Below, in pieces: positions 26,731 to 40,449 of a stretch of 64,000 nt of DNA (positions are counted from its first letter, which is position 1; each line of letters begins with the position of its first letter). The DNA is from Proteromonas lacertae (taxonomy: Eukaryota). Location of the stretch: NCBI GenBank assembly GCA_002245135.1, contig NGBS01001171.1:1-64000 (forward strand), given 5' to 3'. The notes beneath the pieces were generated by a model, which was given only the letters and a program-made list of their open reading frames with translations, was not told where the DNA came from and did not search any database. The position numbers were made by a program, and so were the translations under genes.

Positions 26731-29193
26731 TTAGGCATTTAACATAGATCCCAATCCATAATTTATTACTATTCTCAAATTTCTTTCCAACAAATCATAA
26801 TTTGAATAATCTGGTAAATCAATTTGAAAACTACAGGTATGTGATGATGGTAATCTATCTGTAGAACAACATCTATATATTATGAATGAATTATTCCAAT
26901 TTTCTCCTTTCAAAGGCAATCTACTTCTTCCCCAAACAAATCTTATGAATTTTCTTCTTTCTTCATTGTTAAAACTCTCCATTACTTTCCAAAAATCAAT
27001 TATTGTTTGACTATTACTATCATATCCACTGTAAATAGTATTTTCTTTCAAATATTCAATATCTATCTCTGCTTTTCCACACACAAATTCTTCTATATCA
27101 TCTCCATTAAATAAGAACAAATATGATTGTGGAATTACACTATACAATCCTTTTAATATTGATTTTATTTGAATATCACATCGATGAATAAAATAATTGG
27201 TTATTAATTCACAATGTTTTTCTTTATTCTCCATATTCAATTCTTCTTCAATTCCTTCATTTAGATTCATTATCTCACCATTTTCATCACTTATCACAAA
27301 TGCTGGTTGTTTAGATAATTCTTCTTCATTTTTAGCATTTCTTATCTCTTCTAAATTATTATATAAATATTGATCTAAATCATAGATATCTTCATATCTT
27401 AATTCATTTCCATTAAAAACATTCCAAAAACATTTGGGAAACATAAATGGTAAAGAGGCATTTGATAATATTGAATATCCCATTATTCTACCAACAAATT
27501 CATACATTTTCAAATGTTCTATCTCTTTACAATTTGGATTGGGAATAAAACAATCAGTATCAATACCATATTTATGTTTATTGTTACTTGTTGGAATAAA
27601 CAAATCAAAATATTCACTGAATAAATCTTCAATCATTTCTTCTAAACATTCTCTATATGGTCCACCTGCATCTGAAGCACCTTCATTTGTAAAATGAACT
27701 GTAAATACTTGATATCCATCAGATGTTGCAAACCATATTCTTTCTCCATATCCATATAATTGATTGTATAATTGTTTAAATACACAATTTGATTGTAATG
27801 AGTTTATTTTTCCTTTTACCTTTTCATTATTTGCTTTAAATCTGTCAATTTCTACAGATTTTACACTATTTCCATATCTAATTCTTAATTCATTCTTTAC
27901 TTTATTGGAATATAACTTCTTTTGTTTCTTTGATATAAATATCTTATTCTCTTTAATCAAATATGCAAAACTACCTTTCGTATCTAATTGAGACAAATCA
28001 ACATATTTTAATACCTCAATCATATTCTTTCCTATTATATCAATGGCTAAAACAACTAATTTAAATATTTTCCATGTTGGTATAGTATCCATCCCATTTT
28101 CATTTATGTATTGATTATAAACATCCAATAATTGTTCCGGTGTTTTAAATTCCTCGCTGAATTTATCTTTTATCTTCAGAATATTCTTAATTATTGCTCC
28201 ATTCTTTATACAATCATTCACTTTTTCAACCACATCTTTATTATCTTCTCCAACTTTATGCAATATATTAAAATCATTTATTCTTCCAGTTGGAGATAAA
28301 ATCATCATTATTCTATATGCATTGTGAGAATCGGATTCTGATGGATTTACATTTATACATATCTTATCAACAATATCATCCATATGAATATAAGCTTCTT
28401 TATCAAATTTTCTATAGCTGTTACTACTACACCCATTATTTAGAAAACTAATACTTCCATTTCCAACATTTGTATTTTTACATATAACTACATCAACTCC
28501 ATTGAAATAACTACATTCATATTCATATTTCATATATCTGTTTTTACGTGGATATGAAGATGCTTTATATGTTTTTGTATTATAATTTATTGAATTTGAA
28601 TGATTAAATAAAGGAATATATTGACTGATAGACATTTCATATAACAATGAATAGACTGATGATATTTTCTCTATTGATATTTCATCACTTTCTAATTTAT
28701 TAATATTTATTGGATTTGAATGATATTTTGACAGACAATACAATTCTATCAAGAATAAATCTATATTGTCTCTTTTTCTTCCATAGTTAATGTTATTAAA
28801 TGATTGTGATGCTAAATCATCTATTTCTTTTGATTGTGTTACTAAATCTTTAAATCTTTCATCTCTGAATAATGTAACTAATATATTTATTATTCTTTCT
28901 TTGTTTATAGACTTAACAAATTGTTTTACTAAAGTATTGAATAGTTGTTGTTTTGTTTCTTTGTTTAATGAATCTATTATATTTGATTGATGTAATATAA
29001 TATTCAATAACCATAATGACCACTCTAAATTTGGATTTGATACAAAAGCTCTTTCAGACAATATTCCTAAATCTCCTAATCCAATAACATACATTCTATA
29101 TCCCCATCTACTATTACTACTAAGGTATGAAAATTTGAAGAATAAAGTATTGGAATTCACTACAAAAGAAATACATATAACCATAAATATCAT
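26731..29193 (-). CDS. HECT E3 ubiquitin ligase, right copy (820-aa uninterrupted ORF)
   Basis: Same HECT motifs; central region differs strongly from the left copy. Confidence 0.9.
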   Translation of the reverse strand: MIFMVICISFVVNSNTLFFKFSYLSSNSRWGYRMYVIGLGDLGILSERAFVSNPNLEWSLWLLNIILHQSNIIDSLNKETKQQLFNTLVKQFVKSINKERIINILVTLFRDERFKDLVTQSKEIDDLASQSFNNINYGRKRDNIDLFLIELYCLSKYHSNPININKLESDEISIEKISSVYSLLYEMSISQYIPLFNHSNSINYNTKTYKASSYPRKNRYMKYEYECSYFNGVDVVICKNTNVGNGSISFLNNGCSSNSYRKFDKEAYIHMDDIVDKICINVNPSESDSHNAYRIMMILSPTGRINDFNILHKVGEDNKDVVEKVNDCIKNGAIIKNILKIKDKFSEEFKTPEQLLDVYNQYINENGMDTIPTWKIFKLVVLAIDIIGKNMIEVLKYVDLSQLDTKGSFAYLIKENKIFISKKQKKLYSNKVKNELRIRYGNSVKSVEIDRFKANNEKVKGKINSLQSNCVFKQLYNQLYGYGERIWFATSDGYQVFTVHFTNEGASDAGGPYRECLEEMIEDLFSEYFDLFIPTSNNKHKYGIDTDCFIPNPNCKEIEHLKMYEFVGRIMGYSILSNASLPFMFPKCFWNVFNGNELRYEDIYDLDQYLYNNLEEIRNAKNEEELSKQPAFVISDENGEIMNLNEGIEEELNMENKEKHCELITNYFIHRCDIQIKSILKGLYSVIPQSYLFLFNGDDIEEFVCGKAEIDIEYLKENTIYSGYDSNSQTIIDFWKVMESFNNEERRKFIRFVWGRSRLPLKGENWNNSFIIYRCCSTDRLPSSHTCSFQIDLPDYSNYDLLERNLRIVINYGLGSMLNA

Positions 29194-30181
29194 ACATTAG
29201 GAGTTTTCATATCGATCTTGTATAAATTATCAAGTAATAGTGAAAATTCTACTTTTTCTTCTTTATTTTTGCCAATATCTGCTGCATTGGTTGAACAATA
29301 TGAAAAATAACTCATTCTTTATCTATAAAATTAGATAATGAGGTAATGAGTATGAAAGTGAGAGATATATTGTGTAAAATAATAGATAGATATATACCAA
29401 CTACAAATAATGCAAATTTAACTGCTTTTTTATATTCACTTGAGAAGAAAACAAAGAAATGCAAAAAAAAGAAAAAACTTTCAATTTTCTTTTTTACAAT
29501 AATTCTTTGGTTCTCTTATCACATATTACCTCCATAATAGAAAACAACCGATGAACATGTGCAAACTCATAATGAATTGTTGCTAATGAAAAGCACTTTG
29601 TTTCAGAGAGTAATGTCTAATTCTATAAATGCTATATCAGAATACGATATTTAATTAGCATTACTAAATTAATGTGGTAGTATTCATATACAGAACATAA
29701 TTCAAACTACTAGAACATTTATGAATAAATAAACACATCTGAGAAGGTTGTCTAGAAATAATAATGATTAATCTATATACATATTATTTCTTTCAATTAT
29801 ACTATAAAATATACTGCTCAACTCCTAATTAACTGAATTTAATGAACATTTATGCTATACAGTACTTTCCATCACACATAAACGCATCAATTAATTTTAG
29901 ACCAAATCTTATTCTTGTATATCATTTAATTAAAAGATTTTCAAATATCAGAAAACCGAAAACCGAATCTTTAATGATTTTTTTTAATCTTTGTTTATAG
30001 TGGTTAATTACACTTGATGGATGAGAATATAAACTAGGATATAATAATATATCATGTAATTTGTGAACAATATAAATAAACCTAAATTATCTTTACTTAC
30101 AAAATTCTTTACATTTACTCAAAAACAACAGCGATGATACCATATTTATATAGTTAATATAATTATTTCTATTTATATAGA

Positions 30182-33067
30182 TCATTCAAAGAACCAACTT
30201 CCACTTAGCAACAATTCATCCACTTCACCTCTATTTATCTCATCTTTGAACTTAATTGCTTCGTTGAATGTCTCTTTTGCTTCTTTATTATCACCCTAAT
30301 AATAGATTATCAACAATATGTTTATACATTCTTCTGATATGCTTTTCCTAAAGATTGATAAATATCTGATTTGATTTCATTACTTTCTTTCTTACAGTAT
30401 TTAACAGCTTCAACTAATGACTTAATTGCAGCATTAATTCTTCCCTATATATTAGATTAAATATATATATAATATGATATACGACATTGTAGCATGATTT
30501 ACCCAACAATTTAAATATCTCACATTTGACTGAATCACTTACATCTTTAATATACATAACTGACTTATCAAATGGGGAAATTGCTTCGTTGAAATGATTT
30601 GTATCATACATTATTTTTCCTATATGAGAATATATATCACACTTAATCTCATCACTTTCCTCATCACAATATTTCTTAGCTTCTTTAAAAGCAGCAAAAC
30701 TTTCATCATAATGTTTCTATTTATATTATTTCATAACAATAAATAATATATATACAAGAATATATTGAGAATAACCGATATGTCTATAAATTTCACATTT
30801 TACAAGATCTTTTGAACCTTTTGCATGCTTAATTGATCTTGTTAAGATACTTATACATTCTTCATATTGTGACTATATTTATATAAAAGTAATAAACTAC
30901 TAAATAAATACATTTCTGTAAAATGATATTCCAAGTGACAAATATATATCAACTTTATCATCTTCACTTTCATCATTGAAATAATGCATAGCTTTCTTAA
31001 AGGCTAATACAGCTTTAGCATATCTTTTCTATTTGTAAAATAACAACAACATTAAATATACGATTAAGAAATATGATTTACCTAACAATTTATAATACTT
31101 GAATTTATCATTTTCACTTCTCTTAGCAAGTTTTAAAGTATCTTCAAATGGTGGAATAGCTTCTTTATAATGTTCCTAGTAGTTATTAATAATAAATATT
31201 CATATATTTATACTGCTAGATAATATAAATTACCTATATTTTCTGCAATATTTGATTTTACTTCACTTGGTTCATCACCACAATACTTTTCAGCTTGTCT
31301 AAATGCAGATAAACTCTCAAGATAATATTTCTAATAATAATAATAATTATTATTATTATTATTATATATATTTATACGATATTTAAATAAGCATAACCAA
31401 TATGTCTATATATTTCACATTTAACATGATCATGAGATTCTTTCGAATATTTTAATGATTCTGTTAAGGAAGTTAATGTCTCTTTGTTTTTCCCCTATCA
31501 TTATATTGTGAATATATATTTATATTAAATACAGTTTTGAAGTAAGATTTACCAATTGATAAATTCAAATCAGATTTAAGTTCAGCATTATCATCATCAT
31601 CCTTTTCTCCTTCTTCACAATATCTCATTGATGTATTGAATGATTCAATTGATTCTTCATATCTTTCCTATTTCATATAAATAAATAATATATTTATAAA
31701 TACAAGGTTATAATATGTTTTACCTAAATACTTGTATAATTCACATTTAGTAAATTTTTCTCTTCCTGTTGTATAGGTTAATGCTTCATTAAAAGCAGGT
31801 AATGCTTCAACAAATTGATTCTAATTATAATTACAATAAAATAATATATATATATATATACTGTACTAAAATATAACTTTCCAATATTTTCACAAATATT
31901 TAATTTCACTACTTTTGGTTCTTCACTTGCATATCTATAAGCTTCACATAAATACTTTACACTTTCACCATAATTCTTCTATTAAACAAATAGAAAATAT
32001 AATATATATAAATATATACTAGATTAAGGTAAGAATAACCTAAATAAGCATTCATATAACACTTTTGATTATCTCTTTCACAATATTTCAATCCTTCCGT
32101 GAAGTATTTTATAGCTTCTTGATATTCACTATTTTCATAAAGTTCATCACCTTTATCTTTATTTTCATCATAGGATAATGGCATTTTACTAGTTTCTGAT
32201 GGTTTAGGGTGTAAATCAATAGGAATAGGATTCATTTCTATATTTAATAATTATAATTATATATATATACTAATAACTTCTTCTTTAACTTCTTTCACAG
32301 ATATTCTTTCGTTTGGATCTTTTCTTAATAATCTCTCAATCAGTTGAACATACCCTCTAACATATTCGAAACCTAATTGTTTATAATCACAGTTTATTAT
32401 CTTCTCTTTTATTTCGGTGGTTGTTTCACCTTCAAACATTTTCTTTCCAGTCATTAAATAATAGATAATACATCCTAAACTCCACATATCTGTTTTGGTA
32501 TTAATTCCTTCGTTTATTATCATTTCTGGACTACAGTAGGATAACTTCTCTTTTTCAATTTCACAATTTTTGGTTAATAAGTTGGAAAAATAGTCAATCA
32601 ACATATATTTTCCATTTTCAGTTATTAATATATTGGATGGTTTTAAATTACCATATATCAAACCTTTTCTGTGGAATGCTTCAAGTGTCTCACAAATATT
32701 AATTAATATACCTCCTATACCGTGTTCATTGAAATAGTGTAAAGGATTAATAGTTTCTAATGTTTTAGGGTATTTTTTCATTTTAATGGCTAGAAAATCA
32801 TTTTCATTTTTAACTTCATCATATCTACCAATATGCGGTATTATTAATTCTTCAGTTTTCTTTAATTCATCTAAATACTTGGTAATATTAACTTCAGGAA
32901 TGTATTTGCGATTGTAAATCTTCAAAACTTTCTCTTGATCTGATGTTTCTTCTTTCACTTCTAAACAACTACTAAATCCATTTGATGATATTTCTTTTAA
33001 TATCTACAATATAATACCCATCTCAATATACAGAATATCCATCAATTTTACTTGGAACACTTCCCAT
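30182..33067 (-). CDS. Pseudokinase-TPR protein, right copy
   Basis: Mirror of 3969-6854 with the same exon structure. Confidence 0.85.
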
Positions 33068-33448
33068 TATATAGAATCAACAATAACGAAAGAATTCAAG
33101 CCAAGCTATTTTTTCAGTTTTTGGATAACCTAAATGTTTAAATTTGAAATTATAATGTGTATATAACCTCCTACCCATTTGATATCCATTTTTCATGGTT
33201 GTGGATAGATTTACTTATAACATATAAATAGTTTAACATTAGTATTTTTGTACTTAACTACTCCTATTATTTATGTTGTGATTAATTGAATTTTCATTTG
33301 CGCATATTTCTGTTGTTATTTGGCTGTTTCTACAACAAAAATTCAAGTTTTTTAATATTTGGTGTTTGAAAATTTTCACTCAATTGTATTTGGCGCGTTT
33401 TTGAATATTTCATTTTTTGTTTTTTTATAGAGATAGTTTTGTGTTAGA

Positions 33449-36261
33449 ATGTCAGAAACTGCTAGTGAAATACCCGTGCCAATTGAATTAAACGATAGCA
33501 TAGAAAATAAAAACAGTCCATCAGTGAGAACTTCACCTACAGAAGTCCAAAATACAGAAGAATTATCAAAAAGAAAAGCAGAGTATTTATATGTCAATAA
33601 TTATAATTAGAGAGTTGAGTGACGATGATATGAAGATTGAGATCCCGATGAAGAAAAGGAAGATAAAAGTTACAAGTCCAGTAACACCAAGTCCATTACA
33701 AGAAACTCTCAAAGTACTAAGCTCAAAAGAACAGTTAAAGGAAGTATATCTGTCTTATTTCATATTTGTAGTATAAAAAGCAATTAGATGAGTTATTAGA
33801 AATTGAAAGACGTTTTAGTATTCCCAAAATTCCGAAAGAACTTATTGAAAATCGTCCAAAGCCAAAAGATCTGAGTGAATACTTGAGTGTTCCATCTAAT
33901 TTACTATATTATATAATGGAAGTATAAATATCCCTTAAAATAATGTCCTAAATAGACTTGGAATACTTTCAATTTATTTTTATTAGTGGAACAATACAAT
34001 GAAATTACACTTGATGAATTCATAGCTTCATTAAGAGTAAAAGAAGATGAATATAAATTGGAAATAATATTAAATGAGTTCGTTTCATTATTATACCATT
34101 CCTATTGTATAGAATCAAGTAATAGTAAAGAAAAAATAAAAATATTTGAAAGTGAAAATATCGAGACAATATATACATACTTTGAAGATGAAAAGAGTGA
34201 TATAAATATTATTTCCAGTTATTATTTATTGCAGTTGTTTGTGACTAAGTATGAGAATATTATTAATTTTGATCAAGAAGTAGTTAATATTGTATAAATC
34301 TGTTTAATTATTCATAATAGATATTAAATAATGATAGTATAAAAGAACTAGATTTTGAGAATAGAATAATGGTATTATACAATGTTTCTACGCTAATATA
34401 TGATTGTGATAACATAATAGATTATATAAAATCAGAAGTTGACAATCAACAAGAAAAAATAACTAAACATTTGAGTTATATAAATAGTGAAAAAGAGAAA
34501 TTAAAAGAAATAAAACAGCAGAAAAAGTCAATCAATAATGACATTAATGAATTAAGTAGTACAATATTAGAAGATAATAAAATATTTGAAATATCTTCAA
34601 GTTATTTATATCCAAGTATTTAATTACATATATATATATATATATATATAATTCAATTATTATTCTTATAGAATAGACAGTTTAAAAGACCCATTCAAAC
34701 CATCTAAATCTTCCAGATAACTATAAAACATATTTTAAAACTCATACCAGTTACAAATCCTATTTAAAATATATTGAAAAATATAAAGATAATGTTGAAA
34801 AGAAGATGAAAGGTTATAGAAGAGATGAAGATATGTATATACAATTTGTTCAATCAATAAAAGGTCAACAAGAATCATTACTTGAATTAATAAAGTCTTC
34901 AGTAAAATCGGCTAATAAAATAGATGTAGTAAATGTATGTAATTATCTATTTATTTGTATTAGAAAATAATTAGTTCAGCTGAAGAATGTTCTTTATTAG
35001 GAGGTAGAGGAAATGATAAATATTGTCATCCACTTATATTACCATTTTTCATAATACAATCTCTTTTAGAAGATATAGAAAATATAAGTAGTAAAGATAT
35101 GTCTATGAATAAATTGAAAGAAAAGAAAGAAAATGTATATATTTATATATATAAATGAAATAGTATTTGAATAAAGCATCTACCAATGAGAATAACATAA
35201 GAACGAAAGCGTTAGGTAGTGATTATTGTAATAATAGATATTGGTATTTCTCAACTGAACCAAATATGATATTTGTAGAAGAATATGATGAGAATATGAT
35301 ATTATCAAACAATAAAAGTATATATTTATAGTTATATATAATAATTGAGTATAGAAAAAGATGTAATTTCACTTATAGATCCTCTAACATTAGTGAGTAA
35401 ATGGTCATATTATGATAATTACGATGATGTAGAAAAACTACAAAATAATCTCTTTATAGAAGGAATAAAAGAAGAGAAATTACATAAACATTTAGAAATA
35501 GTTATGCCAAAGATAAAACTCTATCAAAATGTCATAAGAAAACAGTTTAGAAAAGTGGATGAAGGTATATTTCAGGCAAATGAAAATAACATTTCTACAA
35601 TAAAACAAGTTAAAAAAGAGATATTTAGAATAGATAATGAAGTGAACGAATTAGTTAAAGTGAGTAAAGAATATTCCAAAATCGAAGAAAATTTAGAGAA
35701 ATTGATGAAAGAAGAAGAAGAAAATGAAGAGAAAGATGAAGATAATGAAGAAGGTAATGATGAAAAAGAAAAGAAAAAGAAAAAGAAGATGATGATAATC
35801 ATAATTTCAAAGAATTAATAGAAATAGGATTATGTGAATTAATTCCTCAATATGATGAAATATTTGATTATCCATTTAACAAAGTAAAAACAGCGAAAGC
35901 AAGTGATGATTCCTATAAAATAAAAGAAATAGGAGAAAAAGTAGAAATAGACTTTTTAAATGAATTAAAAGAATGTAAAACTGAAAGTGAATTTGGAGCT
36001 TTTTTGAATCTTTATTTTAACATCATTCAAAAACCATTAAAACAGATAACAGAACAGAAGAAACAAGAATTAAAGAAGAAAGAAAAGCAACAACAAAAGA
36101 AGAACAAAAAGAAGGATGTATGGAATGATAAATGTGAAATTTGTAAGAGAAAAGGTAATTTATTATGTTGTGAAACATGTCCAAGAGTTTATCATAAACA
36201 ATGTGTTGGATTAAAGTCAATTCCTAAAGGTGATTGGTTTTGTCCAGTATGCAGTAAATAA
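33449..36261 (+). CDS. WHIM/WSD + PHD finger chromatin protein, right copy; frameshift in GAAAAA repeat near 35770
   Basis: Mirror of 789-3588. PHD ORF 36004-36261 is in frame here. Confidence 0.8.
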
Positions 36262-36394
36262 TGATAATATTATTATTATATTAGTTATATTTTTTCATTA
36301 TTTGTAAAGATTATATCAAACTAACAACAATTTATGATTTTTATAAGTATTAATTTCTAATATTTAGTTATACCCGTGCTACAATAATGAGGCC

Positions 36395-37111
36395 ATGCTG
36401 GAGTATTACAACAATGTAATCTTGATTGTAACTTACATAAATACAAAAGATTAATATCAAGCCTAATCAAACATTCATGTAAATAAATATGACTGATCGT
36501 TTTAGATGTCATATTATGTATTTCTTTATTATTTATTATATTGACTAGCCGTGAGTTAACTAAAATTGAAGGAACTGACGAATATCATGTTGAATTATCA
36601 ACCACTAATTACGCTCAAATAGGGTTTCTATGTGACTTTCCAGAAGCTCGAATGGATATTAAAGATTTAAGTATCATTAAGGACTGCGTGATACCAATAA
36701 TGGTGAATGTATTCACTTATATTGTTATAAGTATAGGAATATGAATTATTTGCTTCGTGGGGAGCTCACAAAGAATCTTTTAGAAAAGAAAGATTTTGGA
36801 ACAATATTCACTATTTAGTATTTATTGTTTATTATCTAATATAGGTAACAGAAAAAGGAAAGGTAAGCTATGATGAAAGTTTTGCTGCAATTCTAATCAA
36901 GAGAATTAACAAGTATTTATCACTTGAATCAGATGAGAGTGTAAAAAAAGCAATGCAAAGGGCGATAAATGCTATAAACGGACCAAACAAGAAACAACCA
37001 TCTAAAAGAAAAAAAGATGATGGAAATAGTAATGATTCACAAGAGATGAACATTAAAAGAAGAAAAATTGATGATAAAGCCAGCAAAGATACAGATAAGA
37101 AGAAACAGTAA
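36395..37111 (+). CDS. Hypothetical protein with lysine-rich C-terminus, right copy
   Basis: Five small exons with GT-AG introns give an open frame ending ...DTDKKKQ*; start uncertain. Confidence 0.6.
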
Positions 37112-37256
37112 ATAATAATAAATACTTGGATTATTATAATATAATATTGTTTTAAATAACATTACCAAAACAACAACAATGATACTGATGTAAGGGAAAA
37201 AAATATATATTCTATATTAGAATTTACTGTGTTAAACATGTAACAAATTATATATT

Positions 37257-39112
37257 CTATTCACATAAGATTTTATTATCAAAACTACTCAAACATATTG
37301 CAAATGCTTGAAAAGCACTTAACGGATATTGGAAATCCATTGTGAACTGATCTTTACCAACTCTTCCAAACTGTAGAATAACGTTATTTTCATCATCAGC
37401 ACGAACTAGCTGGAAATTCTTCACTGATGCCATAGTTACTCTGCCACTAAAGTTAAGTACATAAGCACCAACTTGTTCATTCCATCTAGGGCTTTTATTA
37501 TGAAGAAAATCTAAATCAGCAAACTCTTGTTTTTCATACTTAGCTTTTATACCATCCTTCTTTTTGATAGGTTTCCATTCCTTTACTTCACCATCACCTA
37601 TCACCTTTGGGGAAGATGACTGTCATTTTTCTAGGTCCTCTTGATCCTAGTAGATTACTAGCATAGAGAATTACCCCACGTTCATCTCTAACTAATGCAT
37701 CAGTTGTAGCAAGTGTATCTGCGTCTAAATCCTATTTTAAAAAATAATCAGATTTAATTAATACTTTTGGATTTTTACCTGGACCATATATTGTAAATTC
37801 TGTACCCATGAAATTGGATCTTAATTTACCTAAAAATGTTGGACCGATCTGTTCTTCTAATCCAGCACGATCTGAAGCAATATAGTAATTGGATGTCTTA
37901 TTGTGTGATTTCTTCTTTCCAGATAGTATATATTGACTATAAAAATATAAATCACAAAAAATAATAAAAATACTTTCCATCTTTCAAATAAACGTCATAT
38001 TGACATGAATTACCTCTAAATCCTTGTTTGGTTCTTTCAATATAACATTGTACAACTCCATATTTCATAGGACAAGGCTTAGTAAGAAAAATCTTCTTCT
38101 CATCAGCATTAGCAAATGTAATAGGTTCTGAAGAAGAAAATTCTTCATCAGATGCACCAGGTGTAGAAGGAGTAGAAACAGTAATGGATGGTTTAATAGA
38201 TTCATCTAATTTCCCTTCATTACTCAAACTACTACTATTTCTTCCCCTTTGTTGTTGTTCCTCATGTCTTTTTCTATCTCTTCTGCTTGGACTATTATAC
38301 TTATCACTATCATTATCACTATCATCATCATCGTGAAAATAACTATCTTTACTAATATTACTACCTCTATTATGACGGCTACTACTTCTACTATTACTAC
38401 GCTCATTATTACGACGATGTATTGAAGAATCATCCTTTTTCCCTTCATTTGTGTAATTATTCATATGAGGAGGTGGTTCTTGAAATGGACTCTTATTTTT
38501 TGAGATTTTTCTATCGTTCATTGGTGGAGTTAACAGTACTTCTTCCTCTATATCATCATCTGGATCATAACTATCTCTTACTCCTGTTCTCTTTAAATTC
38601 TGTTCTGTTTCTGTGTGCATTGCTGGTTTTTGGTATGGAGTTGATTCTAGTGGATTGACTAATTTGTGTACTTCTGCTCTGACTGGTTCTAATGAGTTCT
38701 TTGATTCATTTTCTTTTCCTGGATATTTATTGTCTGTCTCTGGCGCTTCTTCTTCTTCTAGATCATTATCACTAATAAATATAGAGAATTAACTTATAGA
38801 AAAAATACGGTGTCCATGAACTTGTTGTATTTACATATTTCAAAGACATGCCCATAGGTTTAACAGCGGATTTAATGGTTGGTTGTATTGAAGTTCCTAG
38901 TGCTCTCTGTTGCTGTTTCCTTCTCTCCATATCCCTTCTTCTTTGGATCATTGCCTTTCTATCGTTAACTGCTCCAGCTCCTGAACTAAACAGATTAAGT
39001 GAAGAAACAAAAATACGTTCCACCAGTCTTCATTTCCTCATCACTATGTAAAATATAACATAATATAAATATACTCAAGCTTTGATTCATATGAATTGTT
39101 AGAAAAGTACAT
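37257..39112 (-). CDS. Tubby-like protein
   Basis: [72 protein letters not shown]. One extra base in the G4 run at 37609-37612. Confidence 0.93.
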
Positions 39113-39228
39113 AATTTCAAAAAAAACAACGATATAAAAATTACTATTCGTTATGTTTTGTTTTGTCAGTTATATTTTTTTTCAAACGAAAAAAGCTCGA
39201 ATTCCCTTCAAGCTTTTTCATTTTAGAA

Positions 39229-40221
39229 ATGAACAGTGAAGTAAAAGAAATTGCTGATGAGCTTATTATTACTACCGTAAAGTATAAGAGGCAGTAAATA
39301 ATATAATAGAGCTTTCTATACTGATAAGGAACTAGCTATTATACAATATATACTAAGTAAAGGATATATAGCTGAATCGGAATTTTCAGATGTTATAAAA
39401 TTGCATAATAAATCAATTAAGAAGAGTATAACTTTGCTACTTGGAACAGGTATTTTAGATCAAGAACATATCACTATACCTAAAGAAATACGTGAAAAAA
39501 GGCCAGTATACACAAAATTAATATCTATTTTACTAATAGGAATTGCCATATGCTTCTGATTATTACTATATTCATTATGAACAAGCTTGTAATATTATAA
39601 GATATAGAATTAATTTAATCCAAAAGGAATTGGAGAGATTAGAGAAACAGAATAGAGAATTCCAAGGAGATGCTTATAAATGTAGTTATTGTGAAAAGAA
39701 ATATTCAATGAATGATGTTTCTGTATTTAAATGTGATGCTTCAGGATTTTATTGTGAAACCTGCAATAATTTACTAATTGAAATTGATACAAGTTCAGTA
39801 AAAAATAATTATGAGAAAAAATATAATAAGTTTATAAAACAAATAAAAAATTCAAGTTATCACAAAGGTATATTTGAATTATTAGAAAAATTGGATGGGC
39901 AGATTGTTACATCTGAATTACCAAGCAAAATGTTACATCTTAGTGAAGAGCCAGTAACAGAGAATAAAAATGTTAATAGAATTGAATCTTCTGCAACTAG
40001 TATTATTAACTGTTATTGTTTATTTAATATGTATAGGAGTTGAACATTTTATACCTTCAAGTACTAATTCTCAACGAAGACCTGAATTTCTACAAGATGA
40101 TGAAGAAGGAGGAAGAGATAATAGTAATGTTCAAAATACACCAACTGTGAATAATACATCTTCTTCTACTTCAGGTGGAATTGAAGATGATTTTAACACT
40201 GATGATTGGAATGATATATAA
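39229..40221 (+). CDS. GTF2E1: Transcription initiation factor IIE alpha subunit
   Basis: VKAFY N-terminus, YYYIHYEQACNIIRYRI, zinc ribbon YKCSYC...FYCETC, acidic tail. Confidence 0.8.
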
Positions 40222-40449
40222 ATTTTGTGTGTTTATTTGTTTATGTTTATTTTTTTGTAAAGAGAGAATATAAAAGATACTGTGTGCTTTGTTAAAGAAT
40301 CTTGTTAATAAAACTGGGGAAAGTTTGTGCTTAAAGTTTGATTTATTATGCAAAATCCCTATTTGCAAAATAGATTTGAAATGACTGTTGGGGTTTGTGA
40401 ATAAACCGAAAAAAACGAGTCATTTTGATAAAAATCACTTCTTCTTTTT

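Larger units (their letters stand above)
19668..37051. repeat. Right arm of giant inverted repeat (outer end not determinable)
   Basis: Base 1 (gttcatctct...) pairs with 37051 (...agagatgaac). The same seven genes appear in mirror order. Confidence 0.97.

Noticed and set aside
1..37051. Palindrome as a pure fold-back read artefact
   Set aside because: The arms differ by SNPs, repeat counts and a divergent but open HECT cassette, and they flank a unique spacer. A haplotype mis-join remains possible.
37600..37620. Programmed ribosomal frameshift or alternative genetic code in Tubby
   Set aside because: A single extra base in a G/C homopolymer explains it. In-frame stops elsewhere are explained by short introns.
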